NCBI GenBank assembly: GCA_963774265.1
Contig: CAVZDU010000001.1
Coordinates: forward strand, 896,001-960,000
Source: an uncultured Chloroflexia bacterium
GTDB lineage: Bacteria > Chloroflexota > Anaerolineae > CG2-30-64-16
DNA: 64,000 nucleotides
Reading direction: 5' to 3'
Shown: one piece after another, positions 1 to 9,498 of the stretch
Layout of the letters: every line of letters starts with the position of its first letter
How positions within the stretch are numbered: the first letter of the stretch is position 1
The notes under the pieces: model-generated
The model's database searches: none
What the model was told of the DNA's origin: nothing
What the model saw: only the letters and a program-made list of their open reading frames with translations
Program-made: the position numbers and the translations under genes

Positions 1-493
1 GGCTGAGGCGCAGCGTTTGGGCTATCACAGTACGTTGTTAACGACGTTTGTCCAGGGTGAGGCGCGCGAGGTGGGCCGCGTTGTGGCCGGGCTGGTGCAA
101 GGAATCGCCACCGGCCAATCCGACATCACCGCGCCCGCGTGCCTGGTCCTGGGTGGAGAGACGACGGTGACGATTCGTGGCTCGGGGCTGGGCGGCCGGA
201 ACCAGGAACTGGCCCTTAGCGCGGCCCTGGCGTTGGACAGCCACGCCCTGCCTGAAGGGGTCGAGGCTGCGGTTGTGAGCCTGGGCACCGACGGGACCGA
301 CGGCCCGACGGATGCAGCCGGGGGCATGGCGACGTTGGACACCCTGAAGCGCGCCAGGGCCGCGCAGCTCGACGTCCGCGCGGCCCTGGACAACAACGAT
401 AGTTACCGTTGCCTCGGTGCGCTCGGCGATCTGCTGATCACCGGGCCCACCCAGACGAACGTTAATGATTTGATCTTCGTCTTTGTCAGATAG
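1..493 (+). CDS. Glycerate kinase / hydroxypyruvate reductase (MOFRL family), C-terminal part, truncated by window edge
   Basis: Motifs GGETTV, GGRNQE, GTDGTDGPTDAAG and TGPTQTNVND are typical of the MOFRL domain. Confidence 0.9.
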   Translation, partial: AEAQRLGYHSTLLTTFVQGEAREVGRVVAGLVQGIATGQSDITAPACLVLGGETTVTIRGSGLGGRNQELALSAALALDSHALPEGVEAAVVSLGTDGTDGPTDAAGGMATLDTLKRARAAQLDVRAALDNNDSYRCLGALGDLLITGPTQTNVNDLIFVFVR

Positions 494-524
494 ACCTCCG
501 AGATCTCCCGGACCCAGGCGGTCT
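492..524. repeat. REP-like palindrome (AGACCTCCGAG-type), degenerate copy
   Basis: AGACCTCCGAGATCTC core shared with 4942-4968 and 42381-42438; lies between convergent genes. Confidence 0.5.
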
Positions 525-533
525 CGTTATCTG

Positions 534-3116
534 CTACGCGATGTAGGAGTACGCCGGCACCGTGTCCGTGCGGGCCAACCCGCGGCCATCCTGGTAACTG
601 ACTTCCCAGCTAGGCGTCCAGGCGAGAGCGACCAGGTGCACGTCGACGTCGCTCTTGCGCGGCGCAACCTTGACCTCTTCCACCTGCTCGGCGGATTGGG
701 TCCACTCTTGGGTGGCCTCGCTCATCTCCGCTTCCATGTCGCTCTGGAGGGTGGCGAGGTCTTTTTCTATCCGCCCGATTTCAGCCTTGGACTCATCGAT
801 GTTGGCCTGCGCCTGGGCTGTGATGCGGCGCTTGGTTGCGACTTTGGAAAGGCTGCTGACGCTCTTGCGTCTGCGCGAGCCAAACAGCCCGAACAGCCCT
901 GCGACGCTGTCCAGCCCTGAGAGGATCTCCTCGCCCACGCGTCCGGTCAACTGCGCCTTGTCTTCGGAGAGCTGCCCTTCCTCCTTGGCCTTCCGGTCGG
1001 CCAGACGCTGCAACTTCACATCGTATTTCTTCCGGATGTCATCGACCAGTTGGTCGCGCGTCTCACGCGCGACTTGCTGGCAGCGCGCCCGGAAATCGCG
1101 CTCGTTCTCGCCCGGCTTCGCATACAGTTTGAGCGCAGGATTGTAGAGCAGGGTGAAAGCCTGGTTGCGATACAGGTGGTCGGTCAGATCGCTGGACATC
1201 TTGCTCAAGCCGCGCGCGGCGCTGATGCTGGCCGGGATGCCGCCCGCAAACAGCGCGTCGCTCGGTGGCTGCGTTTCGAGATCGCGTTCCTTGAGTTCGA
1301 CGGGTTGCGCGTCACGCCAGTCGACGGAGGGCGCATCGGGATCCAAGGGCAGCATCAGCGCGAACTCCTGGGTCTCATCCAGCCCTAACTTGCGGTCGGT
1401 GAACGCGATGCTGGCCAGACCCACCAGCGCGGGCAGAAAGACCAACTGCTGGCCCGTCGCCGTGATGCGTCCGCCCACCTTCGACTCCAGGACGCGGAGC
1501 GACTCGCTCTCGCGAATGGTCACCGGCAGGAACACCTGGTTGACCCCGGGTGGCGCAATGGGAGGCATGTTCAAGAACCCCGCTGGCCCGGCGCCGGTCA
1601 CAGGCGCGGGCGCGGCAACCTGCGTGGCGAATGCCGTGCCTGCGGCTTCTGCCGTTGCGGTTTGCCCGGCTGGCCGGCGCGCTGGGGCCGCGGGAGCGGC
1701 CGGCTTGCGGTCGGCCATCAACTGCTTCACCTGCAGCCGCGTGAGCGGCCCGCGCAAGTAGCTCATCGCCCAGCGGGTTTGGAAGACCACCGGTACGCTT
1801 TGATTGATGTTGTGGAGCAGGAAGACCCGGCTTTCGAGCGATGTGATCAACTTTTCGAGCACCCTTACGTCCGAGAGCGTGCCGGCCTCGGCCATCGCAC
1901 CCTCGAGCCCGGCCAACAGCCGCGCCTTGTCACGCTCGGCTTGCAGCTTGCCGATGAACCACGTCCCCGCGTTCGTCAGCCCCTTGTAGTCCAGGTCCAC
2001 CGGGTTCTGGGTGGTGAGCATGATGCCGCAGCCGAAGGCGCGCGCCTGTTTGAGCAGGGTCAACATGGGCCGCTTACTCGGGGGGTTGGCCGATGGTGGG
2101 AAGTAGCCGAACACCTCGTCCATGTACAGCAGGGCGCGCAAGGAGGTCGTGCCGGGCTGGCTGCGCATCCAACTGATGAACGATTCGAGCAAGATCGTCA
2201 CGAAGAACATCCGCTCCGCATCACTGAGGTGGGCAATGTAGAAGATGCTGTGCCGCGGCTTGCCCTCGGGCGTGTAGAGCAGGCTGGGAATATCGAGCGG
2301 ATCGCCTTTGAGCCACGAGGTAAAGCTCGGCGACGCAATGATGTTGTTCAGCGCCATGGCCAGCCCGAAGCGATCCTTCTCCGGGAAGAAGGTCTCGAGG
2401 TTGAGCACGCCTACCTGCTGGAACGGCGGTTTCTGCACGCCTCTGATCAGCTTTGCCAGGTCCATCGTCTCGTTCTTACGCCAGGCGTCTTCAAGCAGGG
2501 TGGAAAGCAGGATGTGCTCTCTGCTGCGCACGGGATCCGCCTCGATGCCCGCCAGCCCGAGCAAGGCAGACACTGTGCCCTGAATGCGCTCGCGCAATGT
2601 CTCGCCTTCGGTGTCCCAGTCCAGGCCGGGGGAGTTGAAACTGCTCATGATGCTGACCGGCAGGCCGGCTTCGGAGCCGGGGGTGTAGATTGCGAAGTCC
2701 GCCGAGGCCTTGAGCGCCCGGATACGATCCCCTCCCTGGTCCCAGCTTGCCAGTCCGTCGCTCCACAGCTTGGCTTGCGCTGCGGCAAACTCCTCGGGCG
2801 TGAGCCCCTTGCGCCGCGCATCGTCGGCGTTGATCCACGGCAGGAAATCCTCGGGCAGCAGGTTCGGGAAGGTGAGCAGAAGGTTGGTGATATCGCCCTT
2901 GGGGTCGATGAGTAGGGCCGGCACGCTGTCGAGCGCTGCTTCCTCCAGCAGGTCCAGGCATAACCCCGTCTTGCCGCTGCCCGTCATGCCCACACAGACG
3001 GCATGGGTCGTCAGGTCGCGCGCGTCATAATTGACGGGCTTATCCAGCAATTTTCTGGTCGCCAGGTCGTATTCTTTTCCCAGGTAGAAGCTGCCGAGTT
3101 TTTCGATCAAGGCCAT
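534..3116 (-). CDS. HerA/FtsK-superfamily ATPase (DUF87-like) with C-terminal coiled coil
   Basis: Walker A GMTGSGKT, IDPKGD, Walker B LYMDE and LKQARAFG..TQNP motif; start reassigned to ATG 3116 behind an AAGGAG RBS. Confidence 0.8.
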   Translation of the reverse strand: MALIEKLGSFYLGKEYDLATRKLLDKPVNYDARDLTTHAVCVGMTGSGKTGLCLDLLEEAALDSVPALLIDPKGDITNLLLTFPNLLPEDFLPWINADDARRKGLTPEEFAAAQAKLWSDGLASWDQGGDRIRALKASADFAIYTPGSEAGLPVSIMSSFNSPGLDWDTEGETLRERIQGTVSALLGLAGIEADPVRSREHILLSTLLEDAWRKNETMDLAKLIRGVQKPPFQQVGVLNLETFFPEKDRFGLAMALNNIIASPSFTSWLKGDPLDIPSLLYTPEGKPRHSIFYIAHLSDAERMFFVTILLESFISWMRSQPGTTSLRALLYMDEVFGYFPPSANPPSKRPMLTLLKQARAFGCGIMLTTQNPVDLDYKGLTNAGTWFIGKLQAERDKARLLAGLEGAMAEAGTLSDVRVLEKLITSLESRVFLLHNINQSVPVVFQTRWAMSYLRGPLTRLQVKQLMADRKPAAPAAPARRPAGQTATAEAAGTAFATQVAAPAPVTGAGPAGFLNMPPIAPPGVNQVFLPVTIRESESLRVLESKVGGRITATGQQLVFLPALVGLASIAFTDRKLGLDETQEFALMLPLDPDAPSVDWRDAQPVELKERDLETQPPSDALFAGGIPASISAARGLSKMSSDLTDHLYRNQAFTLLYNPALKLYAKPGENERDFRARCQQVARETRDQLVDDIRKKYDVKLQRLADRKAKEEGQLSEDKAQLTGRVGEEILSGLDSVAGLFGLFGSRRRKSVSSLSKVATKRRITAQAQANIDESKAEIGRIEKDLATLQSDMEAEMSEATQEWTQSAEQVEEVKVAPRKSDVDVHLVALAWTPSWEVSYQDGRGLARTDTVPAYSYIA

Positions 3117-3127
3117 GATTGACTCCT

Positions 3128-4078
3128 TTAGTCGCGAAGCAACATTGCATCCACTATGTCGATAGGAACCTGGCGCGTTTGCTGCACCGTTCGCCGCCAG
3201 GCGAGCACACGCGGCAGGCCGAGCAAGCCCGCCATCTGCCCGCGCAAACGAGCGCGCGCTGCAGCGCCGCGCCATGCCCGCAAGGCATCGAGTGTCACGC
3301 GCCACTGCGCCCCAATGATACGCCTAAAGTGCCTGCGAATCAACGGGCCGGGCATGTCTTTGGCAATGACCCACATCGTATTGCGGCCCGTGTAGTAGCT
3401 CGCCAGCACACCGCCGCCCGTCGCGCTCAGGTGGTGGTAGAGCCGCGCCGCGGGCGCAAAGCGTGCCTGCCAGCCCAATAACCGGAGCCGCCATGCCAGG
3501 TCCACATCTTCCAGGTACATGAAAAGCCGCTCGTCGAACCCGCCCGCTGCTTCCCACGCGGTCCGGCGATAGGCCACGCCGCCGCCACAACCGCCAAAGA
3601 CCTGTGTGCTGTTATCGTATTGCCCGCGGTCGACCTGCCACACACCCCGATTGCGCGGGATGCCGTCCGCACCCATGTCATCGCCCACGTTGTGGAGCGT
3701 GTCGCGGCGATCGAACAGCAGCATCTTGCTCGCCACTGCCCCCGCATGAGGATCCGCCTCGGCTACATCGACCAGGGCCGCAAGCCAGCCCGGCTCAGGC
3801 TCCGTATCGTTGTTGAGCATCACGAGCAGATCGCCGTTTGCTGCGCGAGCGCCCGCATTGCAGCCGGCGGCCAAACCGCTATTTTGGGTCAACACGACGA
3901 CCTTGACTTCGGGATAGTGTTCACGCACGTAGGCGACCGAGTCATCTGTGGACGCGTCGTCGACCAGAATGACCTCCATCAATGCCTGCCCATAGGTTTG
4001 GCGCCGCAGTGCATCCAGGCAGGTGTCGAGAAATCGCCGGCCATTGTAGTTCGGAATAATAACGCTGACCTGGGTCAT
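3128..4078 (-). CDS. Glycosyltransferase family 2 (rhamnosyltransferase-like)
   Basis: VSVIIPNYNG, VDDASTD, LNNDT, GGFDERLFMYLEDVDL; overlaps rfbD stop. Confidence 0.9.
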   Translation of the reverse strand: MTQVSVIIPNYNGRRFLDTCLDALRRQTYGQALMEVILVDDASTDDSVAYVREHYPEVKVVVLTQNSGLAAGCNAGARAANGDLLVMLNNDTEPEPGWLAALVDVAEADPHAGAVASKMLLFDRRDTLHNVGDDMGADGIPRNRGVWQVDRGQYDNSTQVFGGCGGGVAYRRTAWEAAGGFDERLFMYLEDVDLAWRLRLLGWQARFAPAARLYHHLSATGGGVLASYYTGRNTMWVIAKDMPGPLIRRHFRRIIGAQWRVTLDALRAWRGAAARARLRGQMAGLLGLPRVLAWRRTVQQTRQVPIDIVDAMLLRD

Positions 4079-4917
4079 GCGGCAAGCTTCATGGATGCTA
4101 TGTAATCGGCCAGCGCTGCCTGCCAGGGCCGAAGGGTGATCCCCAGGCTGGCTCCTGCCGTGTTTGCCAGCACAGCGTGCAGGGGAGGCCTGGACGGTCG
4201 CGGCCAGTCAGCGCTCAGGATCGGCGTGATGGGCAGGTCCGGCTTCCCCGCCAGCCGCATGATCTCGCGCGAAAACTCATATCGCGAGCAGAAGCCGCTG
4301 TTGGTCAAGTGATAGATGCCGAAATGGCCTGTTTCAGCTAGGCGCGCCATCGCGACGGCCGCGTCGGGAGCGTACGTTGGATTGCCGAATTCGTCGGCAG
4401 CAACGCGCAACTCGCCGTACTTCTCCGCGCCCGCGAGAATCTTGGTGATGAAGTTGTTGCCTCCCGGACCGAACAGCCAGGCCACGCGCACGATGTAGAA
4501 CTGCCGCAGCAGATCGCGCACGATTTGCTCTCCGGCTGCCTTGCTCCGCGCATAGGTGCTCATCGGGTTTGGGGCGTCCCACTCGCGGTAGAGTTCGCGG
4601 CGGGAGCCGTCAAAGATCTCATTCGAGCCAACGAACATCATGGCCGCGCCGGTCCGTTGGGCTGCGAGCGCCATGTTTTGCGTCCCGAAGGCGTTGACCC
4701 GGTACGTTAGCTCGGGGTCCTTCTCTGCGCCATCCACATCGGTGAACGCCGCGGCATGGACGATCAGTTGAGGCGCAAACCGCGTGATGCGCCCCACCAC
4801 TCCCGGGTCGGTGATATCGTCGCCCGGCAGATCGACCGGCAGCAGGTCATGCGCCGCAAACGCGGAGAGAAGCTGGCGGCCGAGCTGCCCGTTGTGCCCG
4901 GTGATGACAACACGCAT
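4075..4917 (-). CDS. rfbD: dTDP-4-dehydrorhamnose reductase
   Basis: TGHNGQLG Rossmann motif, HAAAFTDVDGAE, YARSK catalytic motif, GNPTY. Confidence 0.92.
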   Translation of the reverse strand: MRVVITGHNGQLGRQLLSAFAAHDLLPVDLPGDDITDPGVVGRITRFAPQLIVHAAAFTDVDGAEKDPELTYRVNAFGTQNMALAAQRTGAAMMFVGSNEIFDGSRRELYREWDAPNPMSTYARSKAAGEQIVRDLLRQFYIVRVAWLFGPGGNNFITKILAGAEKYGELRVAADEFGNPTYAPDAAVAMARLAETGHFGIYHLTNSGFCSRYEFSREIMRLAGKPDLPITPILSADWPRPSRPPLHAVLANTAGASLGITLRPWQAALADYIASMKLAA

Positions 4918-4941
4918 AAAGGTGCAATCCTCCCATAGAGG

Positions 4942-4968
4942 CCTCCGAGGTCTCGAAGACCTCGGAGG
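4942..4968. repeat. REP-like perfect palindrome CCTCCGAGGTCT-CGA-AGACCTCGGAGG
   Basis: 12-bp perfect stem directly visible, intergenic. Confidence 0.7.
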
Positions 4969-4973
4969 TTCGT

Positions 4974-5658
4974 TTAGCGTCGCAGCAATGCGCGTAACTC
5001 CGCGCGGATGGCTGCTAGCTCCGGGTCTTCCGGCTCTGATCGGTGCGGTCCCGTTAACGGCACGAAGCGCACGTCGCCAAGCCGCCTGGCGTGTAACAGG
5101 CCGGCGTCATCCTTCTCGATGCACCACAGCACCTGGTCCCAATGTACCACGCCCACGGGAATGACCAGGCGGCCGCCCTTGCCGAGCTGCTGGATGAGTG
5201 CTGGCGGGACCTCGGCAGGTGCGGCGGTCACCATGATCGCGTCGTATGGCGCGTGTTCCGGCCATCCCAGCCAGCCGTCGCCCGTTTGAACCGCGACCGG
5301 GTAACCCAGTTGCTGCAATCGCTCGCGCGCGGTGGCGGCGAGGAGGGGCAGCGTTTCGATGCTCCAGACATGCGGGGTGATATGCGCCAGGACTGCTGCC
5401 TGGTATCCTGATCCCGTGCCGACCTCCAGCACGCGGCTGTCCCTCTTCAGGCCCAGGGCTTGCGTCATTCAGCGCGACGATGTACGGCTGCGAGATCGTT
5501 TGGTTCAGACCGATCGGCAGCGGCGCGTCCTCATAGGCGGCGTCCGCAAATTCGTGCGGGACGAACAGATGCCGGGGAACCGAGGCCATGGCATCCAGCA
5601 CCACGGGGTCGGTGACGTCCAACCATCTTGGCGGCCAATGAGAACGCGTCGTTGTCAT
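4974..5658 (-). CDS. pcm: Protein-L-isoaspartate O-methyltransferase (one apparent frameshift near 5469)
   Basis: N-part [28 protein letters not shown] joins [24 protein letters not shown] in another frame. Confidence 0.88.
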
Positions 5659-5677
5659 GGTGCGACCAGACGCCTCT

Positions 5678-7126
5678 TTAGTATGCGCGTGCAAAGACCG
5701 CCACGCGGTCTGTCCGTTTGCCGGTGTAGAAACAGACTCCCTCGCCTTCCGGCTTCTCGAACGGGAAGCAGCGGATGGTCGCTTTCGTCTCTTCCTTGAT
5801 GCGGTCTTCGTCCTCGCTGGCGCCGGCCCAGTGGACGCGGATGAAGCCGGCCTGGCCTTCGAGAATCTGCTTGAACTCGTCGTAACTCCGGGCGGTGTGT
5901 GTGTTCGCATCGCGGAATGTCGTCGCGCGTTGCAGCATGGCCGCCTGGATGGCCGTGAGCATGCCTTTTGTCGCCTCGGCGACACCGTCCACCGGCACGC
6001 CGAACGTCTTGCCTTCCTTGCCGGGCATGTCGCGACGCGCGAAGACGACTGCGTTCTGCTCGACGTCGCGCGGACCGATCTCGATGCGCAGTGGCACCCC
6101 GCGCATTTCCCAGTCGTTGAACTTGAAGCCGGCGCTCAGCTCGTCGCGGACGTCCAGCTTGACGCGCACACCCGCGGCTTTGAGCGTCTCAGCCACGCGG
6201 CCGGCATACTCGGCCACCGAGGGTCGCTCGGCTTCTTTGCGCCAGATCGGCACGATCACGGCCTGATACGGCGCAAGCCTTGGCGGCAGCATCAAGCCCT
6301 GGTCATCGCCGTGGGCCATGATGATGGACCCAACCATGCGTGTGCTCACGCCCCAACTGGTTGTCCACGCGTGATCCAGCTCGTTGTTTTGGTTCAGGAA
6401 CGTGATGTCAAATGCCTTGGCGAAGTTTTGGCCCATGAAGTGACTGGTGCCGGATTGCAGCGCCCAGCCGTTGCCGGTCATCGCCTCGATCGTGTAGCTG
6501 TCGATGGCGCCCGCGAACTTCTCGCGTTCGCTTTTCTTGCCCTGAATTACCGGGATAGCCGCCTCGTTGACCGCAAAATCGGTGTACACCCCCAACATGC
6601 GGATCGTCTCTTCGATGGCTTCCTGCTCGGTTGCATGTGCGGTGTGGCCTTCCTGCCACAGGAATTCCGTCGTCCGCAGGAACAGCCGTGTGCGCATCTC
6701 CCAGCGCACTACATTGGCCCACTGGTTGATCAGCAGGGGCAGGTCGCGATACGAGCGAACCCACTGGCTGTACATGTGTCCGATGATCGTCTCGGAGGTC
6801 GGCCGGACCACCAGCGGCTCATCCAGCTCTTTGCCCCCGCCATGTGTCACGACAGCCAACTCTGGCGCGAAGCCTTCGACATGCTCCGCTTCCTTTTGCA
6901 GGAAGCTCATCGGAATGAGCAACGGGAAGTACGCGTTCACGTGCCCCGTTTCTTTGAAGCGCCGATCCAACGCGGCTTGAATGTTCTCCCACAGGGTGTA
7001 ACCGTACGGCCGGATAACCATACAACCCTTGACCGGCGAGTAGTCTGCCAGTTCCGCCTTCTGCACCACGTCAGTGTACCAGCGCGAATAGTCCTCACTC
7101 CGCGGTGTTACGCCCTTCTCTGCCAT
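5678..7126 (-). CDS. proS: Proline--tRNA ligase, archaeal/eukaryote-like type
   Basis: [37 protein letters not shown]-terminal FARAY. Confidence 0.96.
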   Translation of the reverse strand: MAEKGVTPRSEDYSRWYTDVVQKAELADYSPVKGCMVIRPYGYTLWENIQAALDRRFKETGHVNAYFPLLIPMSFLQKEAEHVEGFAPELAVVTHGGGKELDEPLVVRPTSETIIGHMYSQWVRSYRDLPLLINQWANVVRWEMRTRLFLRTTEFLWQEGHTAHATEQEAIEETIRMLGVYTDFAVNEAAIPVIQGKKSEREKFAGAIDSYTIEAMTGNGWALQSGTSHFMGQNFAKAFDITFLNQNNELDHAWTTSWGVSTRMVGSIIMAHGDDQGLMLPPRLAPYQAVIVPIWRKEAERPSVAEYAGRVAETLKAAGVRVKLDVRDELSAGFKFNDWEMRGVPLRIEIGPRDVEQNAVVFARRDMPGKEGKTFGVPVDGVAEATKGMLTAIQAAMLQRATTFRDANTHTARSYDEFKQILEGQAGFIRVHWAGASEDEDRIKEETKATIRCFPFEKPEGEGVCFYTGKRTDRVAVFARAY

Positions 7127-7248
7127 CAGAACTTCTCCTATCCTCGAAACCCATGCCTGGGATTGGAATCATGGTATGCTGCGGCGCGCCGCAACCTGCG
7201 ACCCGGTCACCGGCAACCTGGCTATGATGCCCTCCTGCCCTGGGCCGG

Positions 7249-7800
7249 TTACCCGAGGGGCGGAGGGCCGGGAGGTGTTGGGGGTGTTTTCAGTGCGGAG
7301 ATGACCTGCGCCGGGGTGTCCACGATCGTGGCCAGGCCAGCGATGGATGCGCCAAGGTCTGAGTGCGACGTCAGCGCAGCAACGAGCGACCGCCACTCCG
7401 CTCCGAGCAGGACCAACGGCCTGCCGTTCAACGAGCGCGTTTGCAGCAAGCTCCACACCAGCGTCACCTCTGACAGTGTACCAATGCCACCGCGCACCGC
7501 CACAAAGCCATCCGCACGCTCGATTATCGTTTCGAGGCGCTCGAGCAGGGACGGGGCCTTGACCTCACCGGTCAGCCACTTGTTGCACGGGAGGGGATCA
7601 AAGATCGCACAGGTCACGCCGATGGCCTGCCCACCGGCTTCGGCCGCGCCGCGGCTGACCGCAGCCATGCTGCCGCCGTACCCGCCGGAAAGGACGGTGT
7701 AGCCTGCGCCTGCCAGCCCGCGGCCGAGCTCGTACGCTTCGGCCCACAACGGGCTATCCTCGTCTCGACGAGAACTGCCGAAAACCGCGATCGTCTTCAT
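7249..7800 (-). CDS. LOG/DprA-like Rossmann-fold nucleotide-binding protein (LOG family)
   Basis: AVFGSS, SGGYGGSMAA, GGIGTLSE motif. Confidence 0.85.
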   Translation of the reverse strand: MKTIAVFGSSRRDEDSPLWAEAYELGRGLAGAGYTVLSGGYGGSMAAVSRGAAEAGGQAIGVTCAIFDPLPCNKWLTGEVKAPSLLERLETIIERADGFVAVRGGIGTLSEVTLVWSLLQTRSLNGRPLVLLGAEWRSLVAALTSHSDLGASIAGLATIVDTPAQVISALKTPPTPPGPPPLG

Positions 7801-7854
7801 CCCACTTCCATCATAGAACTTCCCGGGTTGAATCGCAGCGCAGTCGAAGGCGCC

Positions 7855-8529
7855 TCACCGGCTGCTGCTGACGAGCTTCCACGCGCCACCGCCTTGCTCC
7901 AACTCGATCACCCGATACCCATAAGTGTTAAGCACCCGCGTCGCCTGATAGACCGTCTCAACCGTGGTGCTGCGGTTGTAGACATGCTGGTGCCCGTGGA
8001 TCAGCAACAGCGGCTGGTACTTCCGCATTAACTGCAAGTAACTCTCGAACCCCTGGTGCGGGATATCCTCACCATCGTGGATCCCGCGTGGCGGTGCGTG
8101 CGTGATCAGGATGTCCAGGTAGCGGCCGGTGCGCAGCTTGTTCAGCATCAACTTCAGGCCCAGCCGCGCGGCCTGCAGCCGCACCTCTCCTTCCGTATAC
8201 TGGAACGGCCTGTCGGGTGTGTAGCGCCGGCAGCCTTCGAGTCCGGCCAGCAGCAGCCCTCCGTGGTCGCTCCGCCGCAAGTGCAGATTGGTCGCCCAGC
8301 TAATCGTGTTATGCGCTGGGGATCCCCCAGGGTCGCTCGGCGGCATGACCCTGTCGTGATTGCCGTGGACATAGTAGAGCGGGACGTCCAGCAGCCCGAC
8401 GATGTACTCCAAATAGTAGTACGGCAAGTCGCCGCAAGCCAGGATCAGATCGATCTTCCCCACACGCTCGCGGATGTATGGGCCGTAGAGAACCGGCTCG
8501 ACCTTGTCACTGACCGTCAGAATACGCAT
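7855..8529 (-). CDS. Calcineurin-like metallophosphoesterase
   Basis: SD, CGD, GNHD, THAPP and HGHQH motifs. Confidence 0.88.
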   Translation of the reverse strand: MRILTVSDKVEPVLYGPYIRERVGKIDLILACGDLPYYYLEYIVGLLDVPLYYVHGNHDRVMPPSDPGGSPAHNTISWATNLHLRRSDHGGLLLAGLEGCRRYTPDRPFQYTEGEVRLQAARLGLKLMLNKLRTGRYLDILITHAPPRGIHDGEDIPHQGFESYLQLMRKYQPLLLIHGHQHVYNRSTTVETVYQATRVLNTYGYRVIELEQGGGAWKLVSSSR

Positions 8530-8613
8530 GCTCTCTCACGACGGGCCGGCGGACGTCACTTGCCCGGCAAGTGTGGAGTATATCATGTGGTAAAGAGGTC
8601 GTCAACGAAGGAC

Positions 8614-8753
8614 GACTCGGTTCCAGATTGTGTTGGTGGCCTTGCGGTCCGCCGGCAGCCCACTACATATGGGGTTCCGCTGGCGGCCCTTGTGGCACAT
8701 ATAGTGGCCCAATAGTGCGTACGAAACCCACCAACAGACTTTGGAACCGAGTC
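8614..8753. mobile_element. 140-bp MITE (non-autonomous IS derivative)
   Basis: 26-bp terminal inverted repeats (GACTCGGTTCCA-n5-TGTTGGTGG, 23/26 match) flanked by the 8-bp direct repeat CGAAGGAC at 8606-8613 and 8754-8761; no credible ORF. Confidence 0.8.
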
Positions 8754-8862
8754 CGAAGGACGCGGGGGGCTGCGGGGGGATTATGAGAGAGTCTCTGGGT
8801 CCGGCGGCCGCGATAATTAGCACCAGGTGCTGGTTCAGGAAGTGGTTCGGAGATCTGACGAC

Positions 8863-8891
8863 TTGACCCTCAAGTCGCAAGTGCGTATAAT
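8863..8891 (+). promoter_or_regulatory. Sigma70-type promoter of the toxin-antitoxin operon
   Basis: TTGACC-17bp-TATAAT. Confidence 0.7.
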
Positions 8892-8925
8892 GTGGACAAA
8901 CATCATCATACTACTAGAGGTGACT

Positions 8926-9174
8926 ATGCTTAAGACGATTCAAATCACGCTCCCGCAGGAGTTGCTGCTCAAAATTGACCAGACCGTGACTGAGCTGGAG
9001 ACCAATCGCTCGGCCTTTGCGCGCCAGGCATTCGAGGATGCCCTCTTCCACCGGCGTATCGAGCAAATGGAACAGCAGGACGCCGAAGGCTATGCGCGTC
9101 GACCGCAAGACCCGGATGAGATCGCACAGTGGGAGAGCGTCCAGGACTGGGGTGATGGCTATGAAGCGCGGTGA
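8926..9174 (+). CDS. Ribbon-helix-helix (CopG/MazE-like) antitoxin
   Basis: MLKTIQITLPQELL..NRSAFARQA RHH pattern; acidic C-terminus; overlaps the toxin start. Confidence 0.82.
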   Translation: MLKTIQITLPQELLLKIDQTVTELETNRSAFARQAFEDALFHRRIEQMEQQDAEGYARRPQDPDEIAQWESVQDWGDGYEAR

Positions 9175-9487
9175 AGTGCGCTGGGTGACCTTCGAGCACC
9201 CCGACAAGCGGCGCCCCGCAGTGATCCTGACCCGTGACTCGGCTGTTGGGTATCTGTCCACTGTTACAGTTGCATCCATCACGACCACCATTCGCCAAAC
9301 GCCATCTGCGGTGCGCCTGGGGCCGGAGGATGGGTTGCCAGAGGATTGCAGCGTGAATCTGCACAACATACAGACCGTGACGCAGACCACCGTCGGCGCT
9401 TTGATCGCGGTGTTGACCGAAAGCAGGATAGCGCAGGTCGAGTCCGCGCTGCTCTTTGCTTTAGGTATGGACCGCCATGCGCGCTGA
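9161..9487 (+). CDS. mazF: PemK/MazF-family endoribonuclease toxin
   Basis: MKRGEVRWV..DKRRPAVILT..VTVASITT. Confidence 0.88.
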   Translation: MKRGEVRWVTFEHPDKRRPAVILTRDSAVGYLSTVTVASITTTIRQTPSAVRLGPEDGLPEDCSVNLHNIQTVTQTTVGALIAVLTESRIAQVESALLFALGMDRHAR

Positions 9488-9498
9488 CAGGTTGGGCA

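Noticed and set aside
534-3116. HerA-like ATPase as a defence or conjugation system
   Set aside because: There is no partner nuclease, SIR2 or T4SS gene adjacent, and the context is housekeeping.
5657-7702. Long antisense ORFs (681 aa opposite proS; also 40491-42110, 1662-2915, 56552-57769)
   Set aside because: These are shadow ORFs expected from high-GC codon bias opposite well-supported genes.
8614-8753. Long hairpin as a possible 6S RNA
   Set aside because: It is shorter than a typical 6S RNA, has no symmetric central bubble, and is flanked by an exact 8-bp direct repeat, which fits a MITE better. It is not fully excluded without an Rfam search.
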